NCBI GenBank assembly: GCA_964383765.1
Contig: CAYLHT010000002.1
Location: forward strand, 62,774-126,773
DNA length: 64,000 nucleotides
Direction: 5' to 3'
Origin: an uncultured Gammaproteobacteria bacterium
Lineage (GTDB): Bacteria > Patescibacteriota > Patescibacteriia > SBBC01 > CAIJZX01
Of this stretch, positions 18,095 through 27,700 are shown piece by piece. Every line of letters starts with the position of its first letter. Within the stretch, counting starts at the first letter, position 1. The notes beneath the pieces are model-generated. The model saw nothing but the letters and a program-made list of their open reading frames with translations, was not told the DNA's origin and made no database searches. Both the position numbers and the translations under genes were made by a program.

Positions 18095-19552
18095 ATGCGC
18101 CGACTCGAAAGCATCTTGACGCATCGCTGGTTGCTCAAACCAGCCGTAACTGGCGGAGTGGTCGCCGCAATTTTTTTGTTGAATGTCCACGGGGCTGACG
18201 CGACTGGAGCCAGTTTGAAAATTTCTCCGCTGACCGGAACCTATGAAGTCGGGAGTACGGTCGATGTTTCGTTTTTAGTAGACACCGGCGGCGACGCGAT
18301 CAATGCTGTCCAAGCTGATATTCAATTTCCGGCCGATAAACTCCAAGTGGTCAACCCGGTGGCCAGTACCTCGTTCATTTCGATCTGGGTGACGACGCCG
18401 ACTTATTCGAATACCGACGGGACCATTCACTTCCAAGGCGGTTTACCCAACCCCGGAATCAAGACCGGCGGTGGCGTCATTAGTACAGTTACATTTCGGG
18501 TCAAAACTCCGGGGCAGGCTATCATTAAGTTTGCGCCCACCTCGCAGGTCTTACGCAACGACGGTCAGGGGACCAATATTCTGACCAGCACCGGTACGGC
18601 CGAGTATACGCTCAAGACGCCGCCACCAGCCGGGCCGGTGGTCTCGAGTCCAACCCATCCGGATGGTAACCAGTGGTACAGCAATCCGGACATTCAGTTT
18701 ACCTGGGAAGCGATCGATGGAGCGGTAGGCTATAGTTATAGCTTTGATCAAGTAGCAAAATCGACACCAGATGAGAGCATTGATACGGCCCAGTCAGCCA
18801 CCAGCGTGAAAGCTACTGGCGACGGCGTCTGGTATTTCCATGTTCGCGCTCGAACGACCAGTTGGGGCGGGACCACAACCTATCCCGTGCAGATTGATAC
18901 CACGCCGCCAGCCGCCTTCACGCCGAAACTGGACAGTGAAACGATTGTCCCGGACGATTCAACCACCTTACGTTTTTTGACTTCAGATGCCGCCTCCGGA
19001 ATTGATCATTACGAGGTCAGACAGGTGACGGTTGATGCTGGGCCCGATATCAATACCTTGTTCGTCGAAGCCAGTAGTCCGTACGTCGTCAAACCCGTCG
19101 CGGCCGGTAAGTATGAACTTCAAGTCCGAGCCTTTGATCGGGCCGGCAATTCGACGGATGGGACCGTCCGTTTGTCCGTCGTGGCGGGAGGTTTGCCATT
19201 CTTTGCGCGCGTCCCACTCTTGAAGAATCCGGCCATTGCCAACGCCGCCATGTTGGGGTTGCTGATCGCGGTGGTCCTAATGCTCGGATATTTAGTCGTC
19301 CGGCGTCTCCGTCTGCGCACGACGGTCCAGCGTGACGTGGCGGCCCTCGAACGGGATGCCGAGAAAAAAGCGGCTGCCCTCCAACGCGAGTTGGATGCCT
19401 TGCGGCAAGCCCAGCAAATGATTCAACCGGCCGTCGGCGCTCCCGCCCCATCGAGTGGAACCATGACGACGACGCCGTCCGCCCCGGTGCCCCCAACTGT
19501 GCCACCGTCCGCTCCAGTCGTCCCACCCCCACCCCCAGTGCCATCGCTATGA
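18095..19552 (+). CDS. Membrane-anchored cohesin-like domain protein 2 (485 aa): signal peptide, cohesin-like domain, two Fn3-like domains, TM, coiled-coil and Pro-rich tail.
   Basis: Start chosen at ATG 18095 (MRRLESILTHRW...signal) with AAGGTGAG upstream, because the tracked ORF start at 17936 overlaps the previous gene. Cohesin-like region SLKISPLTGTYEVGSTVDVSFLVDTGGDAINAVQADIQFPADKLQVVNPV...VISTVTFRVKTPGQAIIKF. TM LGLLIAVVLMLGYLVV. Confidence 0.7.
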   Translation: MRRLESILTHRWLLKPAVTGGVVAAIFLLNVHGADATGASLKISPLTGTYEVGSTVDVSFLVDTGGDAINAVQADIQFPADKLQVVNPVASTSFISIWVTTPTYSNTDGTIHFQGGLPNPGIKTGGGVISTVTFRVKTPGQAIIKFAPTSQVLRNDGQGTNILTSTGTAEYTLKTPPPAGPVVSSPTHPDGNQWYSNPDIQFTWEAIDGAVGYSYSFDQVAKSTPDESIDTAQSATSVKATGDGVWYFHVRARTTSWGGTTTYPVQIDTTPPAAFTPKLDSETIVPDDSTTLRFLTSDAASGIDHYEVRQVTVDAGPDINTLFVEASSPYVVKPVAAGKYELQVRAFDRAGNSTDGTVRLSVVAGGLPFFARVPLLKNPAIANAAMLGLLIAVVLMLGYLVVRRLRLRTTVQRDVAALERDAEKKAAALQRELDALRQAQQMIQPAVGAPAPSSGTMTTTPSAPVPPTVPPSAPVVPPPPPVPSL

Positions 19553-21228
19553 CGAAGTCATCGGCAATCGTCATTGTGTCTGTGGTGCTCCTGTGGTTTG
19601 GCTTGCATCCTGCCCGAGCCTCGGCGGCCAGCCTGTATTTTAGTCCTAGTCAAAAATCAGTTGTCACCGGGGGTCGAGTAACCGTGACACTCAAGGTCAA
19701 TGCTCAAGGTCAAGCAATCAATGCTGCGGAGGGCAGTATCCGGTTCTCCAATTCGCTGCTGCGGCTGGTCTCCATCAGCAAAAGCGGATCAATTTTTACT
19801 TTTTGGCCAGTCGAACCATATGGTTCGACTACTGCAGGCACAGTCAGCTTCTCTGGCGGTCTCCCGAATCCGGGCTACGCTGGTTCAAGCGGCACACTTG
19901 TCAGCCTCAGTTTTGAAGCGCTCAGTAGCGGTACCGCCGAACTTTCCATTTCGGGCGCGAAAGTTTTAGCCAACGACGGTCAAGGCACAAATGTCCTCAC
20001 TACCTATGGTTCAGCTAGCCTGACCATCGGCGCCGCCAGCGCTCCTCCGCCCACCCCGCCAACTGACTCACCGCGACCAGCCCCAATCGTGAGTTCGACA
20101 ACGTTCCCAGACCAAAGTACCTGGTATACATCCGAGCAGGGGAACGTGAGTTGGACGAAACCAAGCGGAGTCACCGGCTTCAGCTTTCATCTCAGTCAGG
20201 ATCTGAACGATGTCGTCGATGAAACGGTTGACACCACCTCGACCACGACGTCGATTGATGTCTTGACCGATGGCGTGTGGTACTTTGCCGTTCGGGCCAA
20301 GTCTGCAAGCGGATGGAGCGCGCCCAGCCGCTTCCGCATTCAGCGCGACCATACTCCGCCCGCCGACTTCACCATACAGATCCAGCGCGATCGTGGAGTG
20401 ACCGACCCCTCTCCCCACGTTGTGTTTACCGCCACTGATGAAACCAGCGGGATTGATCACTACACCTTATCGCTTGATGGTGGGACGGCCACTGAAGTGA
20501 GCAGTCCGGCCAATTTGGCTAATCTGACTGCCGGCCACCACCACGTCATGGTCATCGCTTTTGATCGAGCCGGTAATCAGACGACTAGTCAGACTACTTT
20601 CGATCAGGTCGGTTATCCGGCTCCGATCATCACCAATCTGACGAGCCCACTATTGCTACTGGATCGACTGATTGTTAAAGGGACTGCCACGGCCGGCGAC
20701 ACCGTGACCGTCTTTATAGACAATCAACCGATTGGCCAAGCCATTGCTGGTCAGGTTGATACGAGTGCTCAGGCGGAAGGAGTGACGGTCCGGGCGCCGT
20801 GGATTCTGACGACCGACCATATCTTTCGGCCAGGGCACTATCAGGTGACCGCCCAAGCCGCGGGAGTCAACGGCGAACTCAGCGTAATGACCGATCCGAG
20901 CCCGCTCCTCGTATCGGGGCACTCAATTTGGCTGAGTGGCCAACCGATTGCGACGATCGCCCTGGCCCCGGTGGCCGCGATCGGGTTTGTGGTCTTAGTT
21001 GGTTTGATCACCTTGAGCATGGCGCAGCTACTGTGGACAGTCAGACGCATGCATCTGCGGGAAGTAACCGTCGAACGCGAACTTGAAGATTTACGACGGC
21101 GGGTCAAACGTGGGCAAACCACCTCGGTTGGCCTGGACGAATCATTGGAGGATATAGAACGAGACTTAGTTCGGCCTCGGCGCTCGACCGTTCGTCGGCC
21201 TCGACGCACTGGCCGTCGCCGATCGTAA
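19549..21228 (+). CDS. Membrane-anchored cohesin-like domain protein 3 (559 aa): signal peptide, cohesin-like domain, Fn3-like domains, Ig-like domain, TM and basic tail.
   Basis: Cohesin-like region ASLYFSPSQKSVVTGGRVTVTLKVNAQGQAINAAEGSIRFSNSLLRLVSISKSGS...TLVSLSFEALSSGTAELSI, paralogous to 16954 and 18095. TM AIGFVVLVGLITLSMAQLLW followed by an Arg-rich tail. Confidence 0.7.
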   Translation: MTKSSAIVIVSVVLLWFGLHPARASAASLYFSPSQKSVVTGGRVTVTLKVNAQGQAINAAEGSIRFSNSLLRLVSISKSGSIFTFWPVEPYGSTTAGTVSFSGGLPNPGYAGSSGTLVSLSFEALSSGTAELSISGAKVLANDGQGTNVLTTYGSASLTIGAASAPPPTPPTDSPRPAPIVSSTTFPDQSTWYTSEQGNVSWTKPSGVTGFSFHLSQDLNDVVDETVDTTSTTTSIDVLTDGVWYFAVRAKSASGWSAPSRFRIQRDHTPPADFTIQIQRDRGVTDPSPHVVFTATDETSGIDHYTLSLDGGTATEVSSPANLANLTAGHHHVMVIAFDRAGNQTTSQTTFDQVGYPAPIITNLTSPLLLLDRLIVKGTATAGDTVTVFIDNQPIGQAIAGQVDTSAQAEGVTVRAPWILTTDHIFRPGHYQVTAQAAGVNGELSVMTDPSPLLVSGHSIWLSGQPIATIALAPVAAIGFVVLVGLITLSMAQLLWTVRRMHLREVTVERELEDLRRRVKRGQTTSVGLDESLEDIERDLVRPRRSTVRRPRRTGRRRS

Positions 21229-21351
21229 ACGGGATGATCAAGGTCGCAACCACCTCAGGGTACCAGTCTTGCCAACGGAAGAAAAAGCTGATATCCTGTG
21301 GCTATTCTTGTGTCAGCTAAGGCATTTCTAACCTGACCAAGCCTGAACCGC

Positions 21352-21429
21352 GGGTGATTAGCTCAGCCCGGTTAGAGCGTTCCGTTCACATCGGAAAGGT
21401 CTCAGGTTCAAATCCTGAATCACCCACCA
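21352..21429 (+). tRNA. tRNA-Val (anticodon CAC) with genomically encoded CCA.
   Basis: Manual cloverleaf: acceptor GGGTGAT/ATCACCC, D-arm GCTC...GAGC, anticodon stem TTCCG/CGGAA with loop TTCACAT, T-arm TCAGG-TTCAAAT-CCTGA, discriminator A, CCA. The tracked ORF 21354 overlaps it and is spurious at its 5' end. Confidence 0.85.
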
Positions 21430-22127
21430 TGCCCACCCCCAACTCCCAGCAGCCACCCGAAAATCCCCTTGGCGACCCGCGCCGTTTTAAGGGCCTGAGT
21501 ACCGATCTCAAGAAATTGGCGGCCACCGAGCCGCGATCAGAGTTTTTACCAAGCTTTCAACGTTCAGTTGGCGGTTTTGCAAGTGAACTGATCAAGATTA
21601 TTCTGATCGCGTTCGCGATCATTATCCCACTTCGGTTTTTTATCCTGCAGCCGTTCTATGTCAAAGGGGCCTCGATGGAACCAAATTTTCACGATAATGA
21701 ATACTTAATCATTGATGAACTCTCCTATCGCCTGCACGCGCCCCAACGCGGTGATGTGATCGTGCTGAAAAACCCCAGCCAACCGTCAGAATTTCTGATT
21801 AAACGTATTATTGGTTTACCGAATGAGCGTCTGACGATTGCGGATGGTGCCGTCACGATTTATAACGCGACCTGGCCAGACGGCGGAGTGCTCGACGAAT
21901 CAAGTTACTTACCGACCGGTCGAGAAACCTTTGGGCAACTCGATGTCACCTTAGGGCCGGGAGAATACTATGTCCTGGGTGATAACCGGCCGGCCAGCTT
22001 GGACTCACGCGTATTTGGACCGGTCCTTCGGTCGGCGATTATCGGCCGGACGGCAGTCCGGGCTTGGCCGTTATATCGGGCGCGGACATTTAGCACACCC
22101 ACCATCGATCGAAAAGTCGTCAAGTAA
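21429..22127 (+). CDS. lepB: Signal peptidase I (LepB family).
   Basis: Catalytic and box motifs GASMEPN, GDVIVLKNP, IKRIIGLPNERL and YYVLGDNRPASLDSR. The start ATG overlaps the terminal A of the tRNA-Val CCA. Confidence 0.85.
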   Translation: MPTPNSQQPPENPLGDPRRFKGLSTDLKKLAATEPRSEFLPSFQRSVGGFASELIKIILIAFAIIIPLRFFILQPFYVKGASMEPNFHDNEYLIIDELSYRLHAPQRGDVIVLKNPSQPSEFLIKRIIGLPNERLTIADGAVTIYNATWPDGGVLDESSYLPTGRETFGQLDVTLGPGEYYVLGDNRPASLDSRVFGPVLRSAIIGRTAVRAWPLYRARTFSTPTIDRKVVK

Positions 22128-22129
22128 TC

Positions 22130-23542
22130 ATGCCCAAAGATTCTGCCGCTCCGCCGCAGTTATTACGGGGCATGAAAGATATCATGCCTGCCGACCAGTC
22201 CTACTGGTGGTGGTTATTTGACGTGGTGCGGGAAATGGCTGAACGGTACAGTTTTGAACGAATTGAGACCCCGGTGCTCGAAGCCACCAATCTTTTTACC
22301 CGTTCAGTTGGAGAAACGACTGACATTGTTTCGAAAGAGATGTACACTTTCACCGATAAAAACGGTGATAATGTCAGTTTACGCCCCGAGAACACGGCCA
22401 GTATCGCCCGGGCCTATATCGAGCACGGCATGCTCAACCTCCCGCAGCCGGTCAAGCTGTGGTACTTCGGGCCGTTCTTCCGACACGATCGACCGCAAGC
22501 CGGCCGCTACCGCCAGTTTTGGCAATTTGGATTTGAAGTCCTGGGTGCCCCGCAGTCGGTGATCGACGCCCAACTGATCCTGATCGGTCGTGGGATTTAC
22601 CAAGCCCTAGGTTTGGAGACGACGATCCAAATTAACAGCTTGGGTGACAAAGCTTCCCGCCAACAGTACATCAAGGCGCTGCAGAATTACTTCCGGACCA
22701 AAAAGTCAGAATTGTCTGAAGAACAGAGACTACTGCTCCAGAAAAATCCGCTGCGTTTGTTGGATAGTAAAGATCCGGCTGTGCAGACACTCTTAACCGA
22801 CGCGCCGCAAATGATTGATTATTTGGATGAAGCCGCAAAGCAGCACTTTCAAGAGGTGGTTGGTTACTTGGATGAAGTTGAGGTCGCCTTTACCCTCAAC
22901 CCGCGTCTGGTGCGTGGTCTCGATTATTACAATCGCACGGTCTTCGAATTCTGGCCGCTCGGGGACGACACCGGCCAGAGCAGCTTGGGCGGCGGCGGGC
23001 GCTATGATACCCTCGTTGAAACGCTGGGCGGACGACCAACCCCGGCCGCTGGCTTTGCGGGCGGCATTGAACGAGTGCTACTGAAAGCCAAGGAACTGCA
23101 ATTACAGCCCCCGACAGCGGCCCGCCCAGAAATTTTCCTGGCCCAGCTCGGCGATCCGGCTCGCCGCAAAATGTTGAAACTGTTTGAACAACTCCGAACC
23201 GCCGGAGTGCGCGTCGCAGAGAATCTGGTGAAAGATGGTCTGAAAGCCCAACTCGAAATGGCCAATAAACTTGGGGCGCATTACACGCTGATCATCGGTC
23301 ATAAAGAATTGATGGACAGCACGATTCTCATCCGTGACATGGAGAACGGAATTCAAGAGGTGATTGATTTTGCCAAAGTGGTTGGCGAAATCAAGAAGCG
23401 CCTGGAAAAATCCAAGAGTAATGGCACTGCGCCGGTGGTCGGTCAAGTTGCACCGGAACGTTTGGAGAAGTACAGTCAGCCCGACGACGACCAAGAAGAA
23501 ACCCGGATGCCGCCGATCGATGATGGCGCCGACGATGCGTGA
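22130..23542 (+). CDS. hisS: Histidine--tRNA ligase.
   Basis: Class II aaRS HisRS motifs: LRPENTASIARAY, WYFGPFFRHDRPQAGRYRQFWQFGFEVLG, GGGGRYD. The C-terminus carries an anticodon-binding domain. Confidence 0.9.
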   Translation: MPKDSAAPPQLLRGMKDIMPADQSYWWWLFDVVREMAERYSFERIETPVLEATNLFTRSVGETTDIVSKEMYTFTDKNGDNVSLRPENTASIARAYIEHGMLNLPQPVKLWYFGPFFRHDRPQAGRYRQFWQFGFEVLGAPQSVIDAQLILIGRGIYQALGLETTIQINSLGDKASRQQYIKALQNYFRTKKSELSEEQRLLLQKNPLRLLDSKDPAVQTLLTDAPQMIDYLDEAAKQHFQEVVGYLDEVEVAFTLNPRLVRGLDYYNRTVFEFWPLGDDTGQSSLGGGGRYDTLVETLGGRPTPAAGFAGGIERVLLKAKELQLQPPTAARPEIFLAQLGDPARRKMLKLFEQLRTAGVRVAENLVKDGLKAQLEMANKLGAHYTLIIGHKELMDSTILIRDMENGIQEVIDFAKVVGEIKKRLEKSKSNGTAPVVGQVAPERLEKYSQPDDDQEETRMPPIDDGADDA

Positions 23543-23888
23543 TCCGAATTGCCTGTTTTGTAAAATTGCGGGACACGACATTCCGAGCGAAATTGTTTTT
23601 GAAGACGACAGTTTGATCGCTTTCAAGGATATTCACCCAAAAGCTCCGGTGCATGTGCTCATCATTCCTAAAGATCACGTGATGAAATCGGTCGCCGACA
23701 TGACTGAAGATCAGGCAGCGATGCTTGGTCAGATGATGTGGCGGGCGAAACTGGTGGCGGCCGAGCAGGGGATTGAGGCCGATGGGTACCGGTTAGTGTT
23801 CAATGTCCGGAAACACGGCGGCCAAGAAGTCGATCATGTGCATTTGCATTTACTGGGCGGCGAGCCGCTCGGGCCACTTCGTGCTTAA
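23535..23888 (+). CDS. HIT-family (histidine triad) nucleotide hydrolase.
   Basis: CLFCKI N-terminus and HVHLHLLGG histidine triad. Start taken at the ATG overlapping the hisS stop (alternative ATG at 23523). The 5' part of the tracked ORF is out-of-frame overlap. Confidence 0.8.
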   Translation: MRDPNCLFCKIAGHDIPSEIVFEDDSLIAFKDIHPKAPVHVLIIPKDHVMKSVADMTEDQAAMLGQMMWRAKLVAAEQGIEADGYRLVFNVRKHGGQEVDHVHLHLLGGEPLGPLRA

Positions 23889-23894
23889 GACAAT

Positions 23895-23923
23895 TTGACG
23901 AATCATCGAAAAGGTGGTACAGT
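23895..23923 (+). promoter_or_regulatory. Promoter candidate TTGACG-17-TACAGT upstream of rpsU.
   Basis: TTGACG at 23895-23900, a 17-nt spacer, TACAGT at 23918-23923. RBS GAAGGAGG lies 8 nt before the rpsU ATG. Confidence 0.4.
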
Positions 23924-23974
23924 CGCACTGCCGAATTTCGGTTCGGCGTATCCTGTTGAAGGAGGTGTCCCTCA

Positions 23975-24256
23975 ATGATTGAAGTCAAAAAACGCGACAA
24001 CGAATCGAGTGAAAGTCTGGTTCGCCGCTTTACCAAGCGTGTCCAGCAATCCGGCGTTCTGCTGAGGGCAAAAAAACGCCGTTTTTACGAACCCGCGCCG
24101 AATAAGCGCGAACTTCGGGTTGATGCGCTGCGCCGCAACCACATCCGGCAAGAACGGGAAATTCTCCGCAAACTCGGCAAACTCGAAGAGTACGACCTGA
24201 AGAAACGGGGCAAACCGCGTAAGCGATTACCGTCAATTCCACGGACGACCGCGTAA
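23975..24256 (+). CDS. rpsU: 30S ribosomal protein S21.
   Basis: Basic 93-aa protein, ...RRFTKRVQQSGVLLRAKKRRFYEPAPNKRE..., typical of bS21, with a strong SD. Confidence 0.8.
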   Translation: MIEVKKRDNESSESLVRRFTKRVQQSGVLLRAKKRRFYEPAPNKRELRVDALRRNHIRQEREILRKLGKLEEYDLKKRGKPRKRLPSIPRTTA

Positions 24257-24258
24257 TC

Positions 24259-24699
24259 ATGCCGCTGCTACAAAAAATCGAGGACGACTACAAAGTTGCA
24301 TTTAAGGCACACCAGGATGCCAAGGTGAATGTCTTGCGGATGGTCAAAGCGGCTATCAAAAACGCGGAAATTCAAGCTCGGCACACCTTGAACGATGACG
24401 AAATTATCGCAGTCATGACCAAGGAAGCCAAGCGGCGGCGCGAAGCCATAGCGATGTATCAACAAGCTAACCGTCAGGATCTCGTCACATCGGAAAATGC
24501 GGAACTGCAGGAATTGATGTATTACCTGCCGACCGAGATGAGTGACAGTGAGCTCGATCAGGTTGTGACCGGAGTGATCGCGGAGCTCAAACCCACGCCC
24601 AAAGATTTCGGAAAAGTTATGTCGGCGGTGATGGCCAAAGTTAAAGGCCAAGCCGACGGTAGCCGCGTCTCCGCTCGCGTGAAAGCCAACCTTCATTAA
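24259..24699 (+). CDS. yqeY: GatB/YqeY domain protein.
   Basis: YqeY-like sequence: AFKAHQDAKVNVLRMVKAAIKN...FGKVMSAVMAKVKGQADGSRV. The rpsU-yqeY adjacency is common. Confidence 0.8.
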   Translation: MPLLQKIEDDYKVAFKAHQDAKVNVLRMVKAAIKNAEIQARHTLNDDEIIAVMTKEAKRRREAIAMYQQANRQDLVTSENAELQELMYYLPTEMSDSELDQVVTGVIAELKPTPKDFGKVMSAVMAKVKGQADGSRVSARVKANLH

Positions 24700-24726
24700 A
24701 CAGACGTAACGCCAATCCACCTCAGG

Positions 24727-27700
24727 ATGCTTGCCCTGAGAAAAACTACAATTTCAAGACTGTTCATCGTCGGTGTGATCACCGCCGCTGTGATCGTGGT
24801 CGGCGGATGGTTCGTGGTTCCGCGTGTCACGTCGGCCTTGAGCATCGAACCGGTTGGCAACACTCTCGGCCTGGCTTCGACTGACCTGGTTGATATTGCG
24901 ATCAATGTCGTCAAGTGGGCGCTCGGATTTGTGTCGCTCGTGGCTGTCTCATATCTTATCTACGGCGGGTATTTGTGGTTGACGGCGGCCGGCAATGAAC
25001 AGCGCGTCGAAAAAGCTAAACAAGTCATTCTCCAAGCCGTGATTGGGATTGTGATTATCATCCTGGCCTGGGCGATTGTCCTGTTTGCCGCGCGCACGGC
25101 CAGTAACGTCACAAGTGGCAGTAACACGAACTCCGGTGGCGGACCACCCTGCCCATTATGCACCGGCGGAACATTTAACCTGACCGCCGTGACGTCGTGT
25201 TCTGCGGCGCCGAACTATGCCGACAACGTACCGCGTTCGAGCGCGATTTCCATGACGTTCAATACTGATGTCGATAGTCAATCTGTCAAAAAAGCGGTGG
25301 AGGCGAGCGGTGCAGCCAACAATCCGAAGCTCCAGATTGAGTTTTGTGGAACTGACCCGAATTGCGGAACACCGAGCACGCCCAAACCGCTCAACCAGCA
25401 AATATACTCCGGCGCAACCACCACCGGTGCCCAGGGTAGTCCCAAGCAGGAATGGGTCGCCAGCGGTAATACCGTCACCTTCTATCATTTATCGTTCTCC
25501 ACCGATCCAGCCAGTTCCGATAACCAGTATTTTGAAGCTGGAAAATATTACCGCTTGACTATTCCCCGTCACACCTCGAACACGGCCCTACTCGACATGC
25601 AGTCCCGGGTGTTAGAGAACTGTGGTGACGATCCGCTGAGCGGGATCGTTGGCGATCACTGCGACACGTCGAATCCGGACCTGATCCGTTGGACGTTCCA
25701 AACCGGAAGTGATACCGATGGTCCAGCTCTGCAAGTCACGTCGACCCAACCGAGTTCCACGTACCTGGTCGCATCCTCCAACACCAAGCCCGATCGCAAT
25801 ATTCCGCGCAACGCCGCGCTCAATGTCAGCTTTTCCACCGCGATTGATCCGGCCTCAGTCAGCACGGCGAACTTCCGGGTCTACAAGTTTACAACTCCGC
25901 CTGACCCCAATACGGGCAACGGGGGCGTGACGGATACGAACCCGCTCGATCCGGCCACCTTTGACATTCGCGTCAGCCCTGATGGTCGGGGTGCTTGGCT
26001 GCAGCTGAAAACGACACTGTTTGAAAGTTTCACGTGGTATAAAGTCGTGGTTGAAAAAATTCGCAATTTGTGCGGAACAGCCATGGCGAATCCCTACACC
26101 TGGGTATTTGAAACGAGTGACGCCGCTCCGGGCGTGGCCCAAGTGTACCCGAGCGACCAATTTTCCCATGCTTGTCCGTCCACGAAAGTCTTCATTCAGT
26201 ACACCACCTCGATGTGGAAGGTGGGCAGCGGTAGTTTCAACTGTTCCCCCAGTGCAGCCGGTTCCTACGTGACGAATGGCGCGATGTCGCCGACTCCCGC
26301 CGGGCGAGGGTTTACTGTGGTTGATCAATTCAATCAAGCCGACCCCTATAACACCTGTAAGATGTACAGCTTCACGCCGGAGAGCGCGAACCTCACCCCC
26401 GGCACGACGTACCATGTTGGAGTCGACTCTTCCTTGGTGTATGACGCGAACGGCACGAAGCTCAACTATGGCGACACGCCGCCGGCCAGCACGCCGTCCA
26501 AGGGGCCGTGGAGTTTCACCGTCGACCCGGCCGACAAGTGCTACCAACCGCCGGTGATTACCGCCGTTCAACCCAACCAGGGACAAGCCGGGCAGTGCGT
26601 GTCCGTCATTGGCGATTACTTCCTCAAGCCGAATACCACTTCCCCGGGTACGAATGACAAGCTGACTCTTGGCAGCCAGAATCAAGCTGTTCAGTCCGGA
26701 GCCTGGAATCGACAATCGATTGTCTCGAAAGTCGACGCGACGAATTTAGCGGCCGGCCAATCCCATCCCTACCAAGTGACAGTTGATTACGGCGGGCAGA
26801 TTGGGTTGCTCAAGAGCAACGCTATGAACTTCTTGTTGAACAGCGGGACCAACACGAATGGTGTGTGCTTGTACTCGCTCAATCCCAACCAAGGTCAAAC
26901 CGGGTCAGGCCTAGTTGCGTCGGGAGAAGGTTTTGGGTCGTATGTTGTGAATCAAAGTAAAATCTTGGCGAGTCCGTCCACAACTGGAGCATGGCCAATC
27001 TCCAGCAGTAACGATTGGACTGCTACCCAAATCAATAATATTTCGGCGGCCACGAATGTACCCGTCGGACAAAGTCAGATTACTGCGCAGATTAGTGTTC
27101 AACGATCCGATGGGGCGACCAGCAATGCATTACCGTTTACCGTCCAAGCGCCAACCACCGGTACGCCCACGGTCGAAGAAAATGCTAGTTGCGACATTGC
27201 CCAAAACATCACCCCCAGTCCAAACCCGCGCCGGGGGGACACTGAGGTTTGTAAGAATGCCCTGGTCTCAGCCCGGTTTACCATGCCGATGGATTTAGCA
27301 ACCCTGACTGCTGCCAATATCACTCTGCGTTCATGCACCAGCTCAACGAGCTGCACAAATCCGGTCACCGCCCCGGTCAATCAGCTAGGGAATAATGGTT
27401 TCACGATGACTCCGAATGGGGGTTTTGGAAGAAATACCCTGTACGAAGTGACCATCTCGACCGGGGTCAAATCCGATATCTCCGTTGGGAATAAACCAAT
27501 GGCGAGTCCGTATACCTGGCAATTCAAGACGGCGGACACGAACGACAATTGTCCAGTCGCCGGGGTGACAATCACGCCAGCCGGACCGTTGGTCGAGCGT
27601 ACCACTCCATATGGGATCAATGGAAACGGTGAACCACTGACCGCGCTAACCGTTGATCAATCGTGCCGGGTCTTAAATCCTGGGACAGGCACTTTTACCT

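Noticed and set aside
21354-21428. 5' extension of the lepB ORF (MISSARLERSVHIGKVSGSNPESPT)
   Set aside because: It overlaps the tRNA-Val gene. The true start is the ATG at 21429.
22218-23265. Alternate-frame ORFs within hisS (22218-22562 +, 23002-23265 -, 23102-23626 -)
   Set aside because: They overlap the well-supported HisRS frame and have no homology features.
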